Positions 37,418-46,938 of a stretch of 64,000 nt of DNA are shown piece by piece (positions within the stretch are counted from its first letter, which is position 1; every line of letters starts with the position of its first letter). The notes beneath the pieces are model-generated. The model was not told the origin of the DNA, searched no databases, and saw only the letters and a program-made list of their open reading frames with translations. Origin of the DNA: an uncultured bacterium (GTDB taxonomy: Bacteria > Patescibacteriota > Patescibacteriia > Patescibacteriales > UBA12465); contig OW818634.1 of NCBI GenBank assembly GCA_942492765.1, positions 601,159 through 665,158 on the forward strand, in the 5' to 3' direction. A program made the translations under genes and the position numbers.

Positions 37418-37773
37418 TGCCTGAGACTGGCCAAGCCGGTAGCGCTATCTAGGATAATTACAATCAAATCTAGACGGGTCAGATCCAAGTCATGTCCGTT
37501 CTTAAAGCAGTACTCCATCATGGCTCGTTTTAGGTTTTTCGTCTGTCTGGAGGCTAGGGGCGTCTCGTCAACATCATTTACATTCTTAGTGCGCGTCTTG
37601 ATTTCCAAGAATATCAAATACTCTTCTTTTTTAGCGATGATGTCTATCTCTAGGCGTCGCCAGCGATAATTAGCGACGATTATCTCGTAGCCCGATCCTT
37701 CTAGATATTTCTTAGCGATCGTTTCTCCGCGGTCGCCTAGCAGCCTAGTCTTTACCATAACTTTATTAAACAA
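37399..37773 (-). CDS. yraN: YraN family (UPF0102) endonuclease-like protein
   Basis: GDRGETIAKKYLEGSGYEIIVANYRWRRLEIDIIAKK...FLEIKTR. Confidence 0.85.
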   Translation of the reverse strand: MFNKVMVKTRLLGDRGETIAKKYLEGSGYEIIVANYRWRRLEIDIIAKKEEYLIFLEIKTRTKNVNDVDETPLASRQTKNLKRAMMEYCFKNGHDLDLTRLDLIVIILDSATGLASLRHYKDVF

Positions 37774-37800
37774 ATAACCCCTTGGGTAGAGGGGTTATTT
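37772..37800 (-). terminator. Hairpin after the 37833 membrane-protein gene
   Basis: aaataacccc-ttgggtaga-ggggttattt. Confidence 0.6.
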
Positions 37801-37832
37801 TGTTGATTGTTTACAAGATTATAGGTGAGGAA

Positions 37833-38219
37833 TTATTTAGGGATATATTTTTTCAGATTCTCTTCCTGCTCTCTTTCTCTTTTCTTCTGCGGGATAGCTT
37901 TTAGGCTGATGAACACCGGGATTATCCAGGCAATCATAGCCAATGCCCAAAGGCCGAGCCAGAAGCGAGCTGAGAAGAAAGGCACGGTCTCGTAATTGAA
38001 GAATAAGAGCAGGAGGCCGATAATGGCATTAGCGAGACAGAAGGCATAAAGGCGCTTAAAGAAGCCGCGGTATATGCCGCTCCGGCTCTTAATAATGGCG
38101 ATCAAAAGGGCTGCCGCCGCCAGGATAATTATCAGAGCGACGAACGATTTTTGCGCTAACGGCATGAAGGCTTCCGGTCTAAGGTTGAACCAATAATCTA
38201 GGGTTAATAGGTTTTTCAT
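37833..38219 (-). CDS. Hypothetical membrane protein (about 4 TM)
   Basis: Hydrophobic 128-aa ORF with a K/E-rich tail. Confidence 0.5.
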   Translation of the reverse strand: MKNLLTLDYWFNLRPEAFMPLAQKSFVALIIILAAAALLIAIIKSRSGIYRGFFKRLYAFCLANAIIGLLLLFFNYETVPFFSARFWLGLWALAMIAWIIPVFISLKAIPQKKREREQEENLKKYIPK

Positions 38220-38221
38220 AT

Positions 38222-38773
38222 TTATAATTTAATTAAGACTAATCCGTAATGATAGGGTCCGGCTTCGAATTCTTCCGCTATGTCCAGGCCGATCTTCGGT
38301 ATGGCTGATTTCAAAGATTCGAGCTTGACCCGTTTTTCTGGCGCCGGTCCTAAGGGCAGATCCATATTCTTCCATTCGATGACTAGCAGTTTCCCGCCCC
38401 TCTTGAGCAGGCGTATCGATTCGCGCAATATCTCGATCTTCTTTTCGGACTGATGCAGGACATTTATCAGCAGGGCGCTGTCTAGGCTGCTGGTCTCAAT
38501 GTTAGCGGCCTTAAATACTTCCAAGTTGCTCCAGATCGGTATCACCTGAGGCATATTGTTCTTTTTTGCTTCCTTGCCTATCTCTTCCAGAGTAGATTTT
38601 AGGATGTCGACGGCATAAACCTTGCCCTGGCGCCCGACTAAACGGGCTAAGGGGAAGACGAAGAAGCCGAAATTGCCACAGCCTAATTCTGCCACCTGTT
38701 GTTTCTCGTCTATGCCTATTTTACTCAAAATGCTGTTGATGTCAAATAGAGCGCTTTTTCTTATTTCTGGCAT
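38222..38773 (-). CDS. Class I SAM-dependent methyltransferase
   Basis: Motif I VAELGCGNFGF, then an acidic loop VYAVDI. Confidence 0.7.
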   Translation of the reverse strand: MPEIRKSALFDINSILSKIGIDEKQQVAELGCGNFGFFVFPLARLVGRQGKVYAVDILKSTLEEIGKEAKKNNMPQVIPIWSNLEVFKAANIETSSLDSALLINVLHQSEKKIEILRESIRLLKRGGKLLVIEWKNMDLPLGPAPEKRVKLESLKSAIPKIGLDIAEEFEAGPYHYGLVLIKL

Positions 38774-38787
38774 ATATCTTTTTTTAT

Positions 38788-39447
38788 TTATTCTACTAGT
38801 ATTTGTCTGGTTATCGAACGTTCGCGACTGTATTTTTTCTTGGCGCTGACAGTAATGCTATTCATGCCCTTCTTCAGATTTATTGTCTGGGAAAAAATTC
38901 CTTTATCATTATTTAAGACGATTTCGCCATTGATGCGCACTTCTGCTTCCGGCTCTGTCTGTCCGCTGACGGTCAAGGCGCTGGCGCTGGTCAGGATATT
39001 TTTGTCTGGCTGCGTAATCTGAAGATCAGGAGCCGTAACTATATTCTTGAAATAGAAGATCAGATAGAGGAAGCAGATCAAGATAGCTCCGGAGACCATG
39101 ATGTTCTTGATTATCTTGGGCCAAACCAGGAGCTTATGGCTCTTCAGGACTTTTTGCGAGAAGGGATTGCTATTTTCTTCTCCGAAAATCTTTTCATCGA
39201 GATCCTTGAATAATTCTTTCGGCTTCAACCCCAGGAAAGCGGAATATTCTCTGAGGAAATTTTTGCCGTACAGCCCGGCTGGCAGCTTATCAAAGCGCTC
39301 GTCTTCCATGGCCATCAGGTATTCGGCGCGAATCTTAAGCTTCTTAGCGATCGGCTCGATATTTAAATCGAGAGCGCGCCTCGCTCGCCGGAGCCTTTCT
39401 CCGACTGTGTCTTCGAGAGCTAATTTCTTAGGAGTGAAAGCAGGCAT
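38788..39447 (-). CDS. RodZ-like helix-turn-helix membrane protein
   Basis: N-terminal HTH GERLRRARRALDLNIEPIAKKLKIRAEYLMAMEDERFDKLP, a single TM, and an extracytoplasmic beta-rich C-terminus. Confidence 0.65.
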   Translation of the reverse strand: MPAFTPKKLALEDTVGERLRRARRALDLNIEPIAKKLKIRAEYLMAMEDERFDKLPAGLYGKNFLREYSAFLGLKPKELFKDLDEKIFGEENSNPFSQKVLKSHKLLVWPKIIKNIMVSGAILICFLYLIFYFKNIVTAPDLQITQPDKNILTSASALTVSGQTEPEAEVRINGEIVLNNDKGIFSQTINLKKGMNSITVSAKKKYSRERSITRQILVE

Positions 39448-39457
39448 CGGCTTGTGA

Positions 39458-39871
39458 TTACTGCGCTTTCGGAACAGCTATTTGGCCGTTCCAATCCAGA
39501 CCCATCGATCCCATGACGAATTGGATTATTAGATAGCTGGCAAAGACGATGACGAGACCGATGACCGCGGCGACGATTATCTTCTTGGCTTGGGATATCT
39601 TTTCGCTGCCGCCGCCGGAAATCAAGAAGAGGACGCCGCCGTAGATGAACATGACGAGCGAGAGAGATCCAACCATCCCCAATATCCATTTAGAGACGTT
39701 GATAGCCAGCACGATGAAGTCATTAATCTCGTAATTGCCGCAATAAGTCGCATCGCCGGCAGAGCAAGCCTCGCCGCTAGCTGGCGGCACTAAGCCCTGC
39801 CCGTAAGCCAGCGAGACATTGAAGACGAATAAGCTCAAGAAGATCGCGGCGATGATATTTTTTTTAAGCAT
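39458..39871 (-). CDS. Divergent TrbC/VirB2-like small membrane protein (seventh family member, outside the array)
   Basis: Same signal peptide-variable-TM-loop-TM plan. The loop reads GGVLFLISGGGSEKISQAKK and TM2 reads VIGLVIVFASYLI. The variable region carries Cys residues (GEACSAGDATYCG). Confidence 0.6.
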   Translation of the reverse strand: MLKKNIIAAIFLSLFVFNVSLAYGQGLVPPASGEACSAGDATYCGNYEINDFIVLAINVSKWILGMVGSLSLVMFIYGGVLFLISGGGSEKISQAKKIIVAAVIGLVIVFASYLIIQFVMGSMGLDWNGQIAVPKAQ

Positions 39872-39894
39872 AAGAATTCTTTATTAGAGGATTG

Positions 39895-41271
39895 TTAATT
39901 GATGGTCTGTTGGATCTTGGAGACGGCGTTATTGATCACGTCTTGTATCCTTTCGCCAGTGTTGTTTACGACCGTATCTATCATCTCCTTAAAAGCATCC
40001 TCGGCCGCCAGCGCATTTTTGCCCTTATACCAGCTCTTAGCTGTCAAAACTTGATCAGCGAAGACGCCGATTTCATCGCTTGTTCTCTGTGAGGCGACTA
40101 AAGAGCGCAAAGCTGTCGGCTTTTTGGTTTTTTCCAGATAGCTCTTAGCCTGCTCTTCTTTAGTTATAAATTGGATGAAGTCCCAGGCTTCGTTCTGGTG
40201 CGCGCTTTTCTTGGACACGACCTCTACCCAGTAATTAGCAAAATTGACATTGGTCGGGGGATTGCCTTCGATCTGAGGCAGCTTGGCAACGGAGAAATTA
40301 AGCTTCGGGGCCTGAGTCTTGATGGTCGGCAAGTCGAAGGAGTAGCCGAAATAGATGGCTAATTTCCCGCTGGTAAACATTTCTAAAGAGTTGGGCAGCG
40401 CGCCGTTCCAGGCGTATGACTCTTTGCCGGAATTAGAAAAGTCTGTGTAGAAACGGAGAGCCTCTAGTCCAGGATTGTATCCTGTATCTTTCGAGGCGGG
40501 CGGGACTAAATTGAATAAGACCTGATTGCCATCCATCATGACGGCGCCGTTCTGCATCATGAGCACAGAGAGAATATCACTGAAACGGTTGATGTTCGAA
40601 GATCCGCCTAGGGCGACGCCGGACTGGATCAGCTCTTTTTTAGCGTCCTGCTTGGTCAGCTTCTTGATATCCTGTAAAAATTCCTTGTTCCAGTATTGCG
40701 GAGCTTGGCTGATGCCGGCATTATTGAAGAGGTCCTTATTATAGAACATCGCGAGAGTGTCGACGGATAATGGCAAGCCATAGACCTGCCCATTATCGGA
40801 GATGACGTCGTAGCCGACAGCGTCTACGAATCTGTCCTTGATGTCTTTTAAGGTCGGGCTGTTAGTCGTGCGCAGTTCAATCGTGGTTTCTTTCTTGATG
40901 GTTCCTGAAACTACCGAGTAGGGCATAGTGATCGTCGCCGGCATAGGAGCTATCTTGGATTCGTATTCTTTTATCCAAGTATTGTGGACAGAGAAGATAT
41001 CCGGGCCGCGATCTTCGGCTAAAGCATTGAGGAGCGCTTTTTCGTATTCTTCATAACGCAGTTTCCGGTACTCGATAGTGATATGAGGATGAAGCGCCCT
41101 ATATTTCGTAATTATTTCCGAGAAGGCATCGCTGTCATCGAAGACGCGCCAATAGGTCAGAGTGATCGGCGTCATCGCCGCCTGAGTCTTAGCGTCTGGA
41201 GTCTTGCAGCCGAAGCCGGAACCCAAGATGAAGATAGCTAGCAGGGAAAGAATCGTTAATTTTTTGAACAT
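39895..41271 (-). CDS. ABC transporter substrate-binding lipoprotein, family 1 (sugar type)
   Basis: Lipobox GSGFGC. SBP_bac_1-like layout. No adjacent permeases. Confidence 0.6.
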   Translation of the reverse strand: MFKKLTILSLLAIFILGSGFGCKTPDAKTQAAMTPITLTYWRVFDDSDAFSEIITKYRALHPHITIEYRKLRYEEYEKALLNALAEDRGPDIFSVHNTWIKEYESKIAPMPATITMPYSVVSGTIKKETTIELRTTNSPTLKDIKDRFVDAVGYDVISDNGQVYGLPLSVDTLAMFYNKDLFNNAGISQAPQYWNKEFLQDIKKLTKQDAKKELIQSGVALGGSSNINRFSDILSVLMMQNGAVMMDGNQVLFNLVPPASKDTGYNPGLEALRFYTDFSNSGKESYAWNGALPNSLEMFTSGKLAIYFGYSFDLPTIKTQAPKLNFSVAKLPQIEGNPPTNVNFANYWVEVVSKKSAHQNEAWDFIQFITKEEQAKSYLEKTKKPTALRSLVASQRTSDEIGVFADQVLTAKSWYKGKNALAAEDAFKEMIDTVVNNTGERIQDVINNAVSKIQQTIN

Positions 41272-41339
41272 ATGAATAATTTTATTTTGCTGGTTATATT
41301 ATAGCAAAAGATAGGCATATATTCCAATCAGAGAAGGGG

Positions 41340-42848
41340 TTAATCCGGGCTTGGCCGATACTGTAAAGCTTCGGCGATATGCTCTGGCCAGATATTTTCT
41401 TTTCCATCTAAATCGGCGATGGTGCGAGCCACTTTTATGAGCTTGAAATAAGAGCGGGCGGATAGCTTCATTTTATCGCTCGCAGCATTAAGCAAGGTCT
41501 CGCTAGCCTTATCCAGGGGGCAGAAATTCTTGACGAGCGGACCGGGAATCTCGGCGTTAGTCATGATTATTCGGCCTTTAAAGCGTCGCGCCTGTATTTT
41601 TCTAGCAATTTCTACTTTTCTCTTAATATCAATAGAATGTTCGGGGTTTTCAGTGTTGATTTTTTGCCAATCAATCCTGTCTACCGTGATGTGGAGGTCG
41701 ATGCGGTCTAGTATTGGTCCCGATAGGCGTCTCTTATAAGCGACGATCTGTGATTCCGGGCAATGGCAAGCTTTCTCTTTAGACCCGCGGTAGCCGCAAG
41801 GGCACGGATTCATGGCGGCTAGAAGAGTGAAGCGAGCTGGGAATCTTAAGCGCTTAGCTGCTCGGTCTATGTTAATGACGCCTTCTTCTAGGGGCTGGCG
41901 TAAGCTTTCTAGCGCTGAGCGTGAGAATTCTGGAAACTCATCGAGGAATAAGACGCCGCGGTGAGCTAATGATATTTCGCCTGGGCGGGGGTAAGCGCCG
42001 CCACCGACCAAGGAATGGACCGAAGCACTATGGTGCGGCGAACGGAAAGGGCGACAGCTGATGATGGCCGTTTCCTTTAATTCTCCGGCGGCGCTGTATA
42101 TCTTAGTTATTTCAAGTTCTTCCGAGAAATCGAGGTCTGGCAAGATGCTAGGCATGACGCTGGCAAGCATTGTCTTTCCTGATCCGGGCGGTCCGCAAAA
42201 TAGGAGATTGTGCCCGCCGGCGGCCGCTATCTCTAGCGCGCGCTTGGCCTTTTCTTGTCCCTTGATATCGCCGATATCAAAATAATGATTTTTCCGGGGC
42301 TGCCTAGCTGATGATAGACTGAACGCGGGAATTAGAGATGACCCTTGGAGGTAGCCGATCATCTGGGGCAGGCTTAAGATCGGAATGATGATCAGCCCTT
42401 TGATGAGGCTAGCCTCAGCGGCGTTAGCTTGCGGCACGAATAGTTTTGATAATCCCGCCTGTCTGGCGGCCATCGCTATCGAAAGGACCCCGTTTAGCGG
42501 GCGTACCTCGCCGCTTAGCGATAATTCGCCGACCATCAGGGATTTTGAGCAGTCAACAGTAAATTTATTATTGATAGCCAGAATGCTGATAGCTATCGGC
42601 AGGTCGTAGATAGGGCCGCGTTTCTTCAGATCAGCCGGAGCAAGATTAACAGTTATTTTGCGGCGGGGGAAAGGCAGGCCGCAATTGCGCAAGGCGCTCC
42701 TAACTCGTTCTTTCGATTCGGAAACAGCCGTATCAGGCAGACCGACGATAGTTATCGATCCAAAATCACCGCCGCCGGAATCAGCCTCGACCGCGATTAT
42801 TTTAGCATCGAGACCGTCTAAGGCCGCTGACCAGATTTTTGTGGGCAT
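41340..42848 (-). CDS. comM: YifB/ComM family Mg-chelatase-like AAA+ ATPase
   Basis: Start set at MPTKIWSAALDGLDAKIIAVEAD (ATG 42848). Walker A GPPGSGKTM, then the LFLDEFPEF and MNPCPCG motifs. Confidence 0.9.
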   Translation of the reverse strand: MPTKIWSAALDGLDAKIIAVEADSGGGDFGSITIVGLPDTAVSESKERVRSALRNCGLPFPRRKITVNLAPADLKKRGPIYDLPIAISILAINNKFTVDCSKSLMVGELSLSGEVRPLNGVLSIAMAARQAGLSKLFVPQANAAEASLIKGLIIIPILSLPQMIGYLQGSSLIPAFSLSSARQPRKNHYFDIGDIKGQEKAKRALEIAAAGGHNLLFCGPPGSGKTMLASVMPSILPDLDFSEELEITKIYSAAGELKETAIISCRPFRSPHHSASVHSLVGGGAYPRPGEISLAHRGVLFLDEFPEFSRSALESLRQPLEEGVINIDRAAKRLRFPARFTLLAAMNPCPCGYRGSKEKACHCPESQIVAYKRRLSGPILDRIDLHITVDRIDWQKINTENPEHSIDIKRKVEIARKIQARRFKGRIIMTNAEIPGPLVKNFCPLDKASETLLNAASDKMKLSARSYFKLIKVARTIADLDGKENIWPEHIAEALQYRPSPD

Positions 42849-42949
42849 ATTTTTATATTTAGCTCCTAATCGAACGAAAAAGACCATCCTATCAGGATGG
42901 TCTTATCTTAAAATATGACAGCTTAAGGGAAATTAAATTTTTTATAATC

Positions 42950-45900
42950 TTAACGTCCGGCTAAGTTGATCTCGTCCAGCTTGACGCTCAGCAGCTTGCT
43001 GACTCCGTCAGCCTCCATAGTCACTCCGTAGAGGATGCTCGCTTTGCGCATGCAGGCGCGGTTATGAGTGATAACAATGAATTGCGTCTTGTTAGACAGA
43101 TCATCAAGGATACTAGCCAGGCGTTCGGAATTAGCCTCATCAAGAGCAGCATCGACTTCATCGAGCACGACGAAAGGCGACGGATTGGCGCTGATGATGG
43201 CGCAGATGAGAGCGATAGCGGTCAGGGCTCGTTCGCCGCCAGAAAGCATTGTGACCGTCTGGATCTTCTTGCCCGGAGGCGTCGCCTGGACTTCGATGCC
43301 AGCAAGCCCGACAGCGTTATGTTTCTTGAGGAATTTTATTTTTTTCAGCTTCTCGTCGGTTTGGTTCTTGATTTCAACCTCCGCCGGAGTCAGTCCGCTT
43401 ATTTCTGGTTTGACGGCCGGACTATTCTTAGCTTCCTCCTTTTCAACATCTTCCGTCATAACTTTGGATATCTTAGCGTTGCCGCCGTTGAAAAGGATCT
43501 TAAAATATTCATTGAATTTCTCGGAGATGACTTTAAACTCAGCATCGAAGCGGTCCTTGATATTCACGTCTAGTTCGTAGATTATCTCCTCCAGGGATTT
43601 GATAGCATTATCGAGGTCGTCGACTTGGCCACTCAAGAAATCATAGCGCTCCTTGGTCTCTTGATATTCCTTTTCCGCTTCCGGGTCGATACCCCCGATT
43701 TGTTCTAATTGGCTCTTGTTATTCGTTAATCTTTTCTGCAAGAGATTGATGTCAATCGCCTTTTCGCTTTCGCGGTAATCCTTGATCTCAGAAATGTTCA
43801 ATTCCTCGCCCCTGATATTAGCTTCTAAATCTTCTAGTCTCGTCTCTTGCCGTGTCGCCTCTATCTTGAGGCCATTAAGCTGATCGGAAATCTCGTTAAC
43901 CTCCGCTTGGAGGGACTGGATATTTTTTTGGCATTCGAACATCTGCGATTTTTCCTTGTCCTTTTCGCGGTTGAGCTCTTCGAGCTTATCTTCTATTTCT
44001 CTTATTTCAGAATTCAGGCCGGTAAGTTTCTCGTTTATCTCCTTCTTTTCTATCTCGATGCCGCTAGCGTCGAATTTGACTTGGCTCTTGGCAATCTTGA
44101 TCTTGATATCTTCAATCTCCTTTTCGCTTTGAGTCTTCTTGGCGCGCAGCAGACGCAAGCGCTCGTCAATGGCTGAAGCTTTGAGGCGATAGTCCTGGAT
44201 TTTTGATAAGGCCGCCTGCTTCTTTTCGTCCAGTTCGCCTAAACGGTCATTCTTGGATAATTCAGCTGCCTCTTTTTCTAGGACCGATATCTTTTTATAT
44301 ATTTCTGATTTTTCGCCTTCGATTTTGGAGGCATCGAACTTTATCTGAGCCTTATCGAGCTTGGCCCTGATATCGGTAACTTCTCGGTTCGTTTGTCTCT
44401 CCTTGTCTTCTAGGAGGCGCAGGCGTTCGGTGACTGACGATAGCCGCAACCTCTCCTCGTTCAAGCGATTATTAGCTTCTTGGCGCTCTTCTGTCAGAGA
44501 GATGATCTCCGTCTGGATATCTTTTATTCTTTGGACATCATCTCCGCCGCCGCCGGAAATAAGCGCCTGGATTTTGTTCTTGAATTCAGCCTTGGCCGAG
44601 GCGATCATCTTCTTTATCTTCTCCAGATCGCTTTCATGGCCGATCGTATCTAGCTCTTTCAGGAATTCGTCGATGACGCGGCTGATCTCTTCATTCTGAT
44701 TGCCGGCCGCACTTGCTTTTTTCAGCTCCTTATTGATAGCTTCTATCTCGGTATTCAGATGGCCCAGCTTCTCCTGGATCGCACTCAGTTTATTTTCTAA
44801 GTTTATTTTTTCTGTCTGATTATTCTCTGCGCGGAGACGACCGATCTCTTCAACGAGCGATTCCAAGTCTTTGACCAGTTCCTCGTTCTTATTATTCAGC
44901 CAGGAGACGTCGAATTGTCCTTGGATTTCCAGGTTAGCTTCCAAGACAGCCTCCAGTTTAGATATTTGTCGCAGATATTGGTCCTTCTCTGTATTCAGTT
45001 GGCTGATTTTTATCCTTAGGCCGTTAGCTTTTTCTATCTCTTGGTTGATAAAGCGCAATTCATCGTTAAGGGCCGTCTCTTCTTTGGAAGAATTATTTTT
45101 TTCGTTGGCGCTGATTTCAGAGTTTATGTTTTCCAGTTCGGCGCTTAGCTCTCCCTGCTTATTATTGAGCCAAGAGATATCAAATTGTCCCTGCGATTCT
45201 AATTGCACCTCTAATTCAGCTTGTAACTTGGCTAGCTGTTTCAGGTATTGATTTTTTCTAGCTTCCAGGTCTCTCAGGCGCGGAGTCAACTCATTTATCT
45301 CTCGGAAATTATCGGTGTTTCTGATTTTATTCAGCTCCTCATTGAGCTTGTCTAACTTTTTTTCGCGCTCCAGCTTCAGCCTCTCGCTTTCCAGGAAGCG
45401 GGCATTGAAAGAATCTAATTTTTTATTGATATCTTGCCAGAGATAGCCATAATAATTCAATTGGTCGCCCTTAAGCTCCGATTCTATTTCACCGCGGCGC
45501 TTCAGTTTCTCTACTTGGCGGGTTAGGCTCTTAAGGCGCGGCCTGATTTCGGAAAGCAGCATGTCGACTTGTTGAAGATTCTCATAGCTGTTTTCTAGCT
45601 TATTAAGGGCTGAGTCGCGCTTAATCTGAAATTGCTTGACGCCAGTCGCCTCGTCGAAAAAATCTTTTCTGTCCGCGGCCGAAGAGCTCAAGAAATTCTC
45701 GACCATGCCCTGGCCGATGACGCTATAAGTCTTCTGTCCGAAATTAGCTTTAGCTAAGAGCATCTGGATATCGGCTAGCCGGACGCGATTATTATTCAAG
45801 AGATATTCGCTTTCGCCGCTGCGGTAAAGGCGGCGAGTGATGATGATTTCGCCGCAACTGGCGATCAGCTGGTCAAGATCGCTTTCTTTTTCGATCGTTT

Positions 45901-46213
45901 CTGGAATCTCCGCTTTATTCTTCAGAGCCTCGGCGTTATTCAGATATAAAGACACCTCGGCTAAGCTGAGCTGGCTCTTCTGATCGGAACCGGAAAAGAT
46001 GATGTCTTCGCTTTTTTTGCCGCGCAAAGTCTTGAGACTCTGTTCGCCTAAAGCCCAGCGGACAGCGTCAGCGACGTTAGATTTTCCGGATCCGTTCGGT
46101 CCGACGATAGCCGTCAAGCCTCTTTTTTGCTCATTGATCAATCCGGAGAAGATAAGCTTATTCTTATGGGCGAAGGATTTGAAACCCTGAACTTCCAGTT
46201 TTTCTAGATACAT
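42950..46213 (-). CDS. smc: SMC-type chromosome condensation ATPase lacking a recognisable hinge domain
   Basis: N-terminal head FKSF..IVGPNGSGKSNVADAVRWALGEQSLKTLRG. C-terminal head LSGGERALTAIAL..VLDEVDAALD. The middle is continuous coiled-coil with only ISGGGGDD at residues about 552-559 of 1087. Confidence 0.85.
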   Translation of the reverse strand: MYLEKLEVQGFKSFAHKNKLIFSGLINEQKRGLTAIVGPNGSGKSNVADAVRWALGEQSLKTLRGKKSEDIIFSGSDQKSQLSLAEVSLYLNNAEALKNKAEIPETIEKESDLDQLIASCGEIIITRRLYRSGESEYLLNNNRVRLADIQMLLAKANFGQKTYSVIGQGMVENFLSSSAADRKDFFDEATGVKQFQIKRDSALNKLENSYENLQQVDMLLSEIRPRLKSLTRQVEKLKRRGEIESELKGDQLNYYGYLWQDINKKLDSFNARFLESERLKLEREKKLDKLNEELNKIRNTDNFREINELTPRLRDLEARKNQYLKQLAKLQAELEVQLESQGQFDISWLNNKQGELSAELENINSEISANEKNNSSKEETALNDELRFINQEIEKANGLRIKISQLNTEKDQYLRQISKLEAVLEANLEIQGQFDVSWLNNKNEELVKDLESLVEEIGRLRAENNQTEKINLENKLSAIQEKLGHLNTEIEAINKELKKASAAGNQNEEISRVIDEFLKELDTIGHESDLEKIKKMIASAKAEFKNKIQALISGGGGDDVQRIKDIQTEIISLTEERQEANNRLNEERLRLSSVTERLRLLEDKERQTNREVTDIRAKLDKAQIKFDASKIEGEKSEIYKKISVLEKEAAELSKNDRLGELDEKKQAALSKIQDYRLKASAIDERLRLLRAKKTQSEKEIEDIKIKIAKSQVKFDASGIEIEKKEINEKLTGLNSEIREIEDKLEELNREKDKEKSQMFECQKNIQSLQAEVNEISDQLNGLKIEATRQETRLEDLEANIRGEELNISEIKDYRESEKAIDINLLQKRLTNNKSQLEQIGGIDPEAEKEYQETKERYDFLSGQVDDLDNAIKSLEEIIYELDVNIKDRFDAEFKVISEKFNEYFKILFNGGNAKISKVMTEDVEKEEAKNSPAVKPEISGLTPAEVEIKNQTDEKLKKIKFLKKHNAVGLAGIEVQATPPGKKIQTVTMLSGGERALTAIALICAIISANPSPFVVLDEVDAALDEANSERLASILDDLSNKTQFIVITHNRACMRKASILYGVTMEADGVSKLLSVKLDEINLAGR

Positions 46214-46283
46214 TTGTTTTCTTGGATTATTTTTGTATACTATATATCATAGACAATATTAACGAAAAAGTAAAAAAATCATT

Positions 46284-46853
46284 ATGATCATCTCTTTGAG
46301 CGGAGCCCCGGGTTCAGGCAAGAGTACAGTCGCGCAGATGCTAGCTGAGAAATTGGGCTGGCCACGCTATTATATAGGTCGTATTTGGAGGGAAATGGCT
46401 AGTAAACATGGAGTGGATGTGAAGGAGTATAGTAAATTAAATGAAAGCAGTCCTGATAAAGATAGAGAAGTTGATGAATACCAGAGAGAATTGGGCAAAA
46501 AAGAGGATAATTTTGTTATTGAAGGTCGGACATCATGGTATTTTATTCCCCATTCTTTTAAGATTTACCTGTATGTCGAGCTGGAGGAGGGGGCGAAGCG
46601 TATTTTTGGCAGTTTACAGAAGAAAAATGCTAGGAATGAGGGAGAAAATTTGGCTACATGGCAAGATGTTTTGGCTAGTAATAAAGAAAGAATGACTAGT
46701 GATAACGGACGCTACTTGAAGTATTATGGTATTGATGTGAATGACAAAAATAACTTTGATTTCTATCTAAACACGACCAATTTGACGCCGGCCGAGGTTT
46801 TTTCTCTAGTTTTCAAAGAGGTCCAAAAAAGGCTTGACAATAAGAAAAATTAA
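46284..46853 (+). CDS. cmk: Cytidylate kinase, type 2 (archaeal-like short form)
   Basis: MIISLSGAPGSGKSTVAQMLAEKLG P-loop; length and layout fit short (d)CMP kinases. Confidence 0.65.
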   Translation: MIISLSGAPGSGKSTVAQMLAEKLGWPRYYIGRIWREMASKHGVDVKEYSKLNESSPDKDREVDEYQRELGKKEDNFVIEGRTSWYFIPHSFKIYLYVELEEGAKRIFGSLQKKNARNEGENLATWQDVLASNKERMTSDNGRYLKYYGIDVNDKNNFDFYLNTTNLTPAEVFSLVFKEVQKRLDNKKN

Positions 46854-46938
46854 TTATAATATTAGACAAGATTTGCCTTATTAATAAGCATTCACAAAAC
46901 GAGATCTAATCAATCTCGTTTATATAATTATCAACAAT

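Noticed and set aside
39420-39689. 89-aa minus-strand ORF and the 39590-39793 plus-strand ORF.
   Set aside because: They overlap the pilin-like gene 39458-39871 in other frames. The Arg-rich, low-complexity translations are frame artefacts.
43064-43580. Two long overlapping plus-strand ORFs (169 and 170 aa), with others at 43847-45251, inside smc.
   Set aside because: They are antisense to the SMC coiled-coil region. Codons rich in GAA, AAG and CTT on the coding strand suppress stop codons on the opposite strand. The translations are low-complexity and have no start context.
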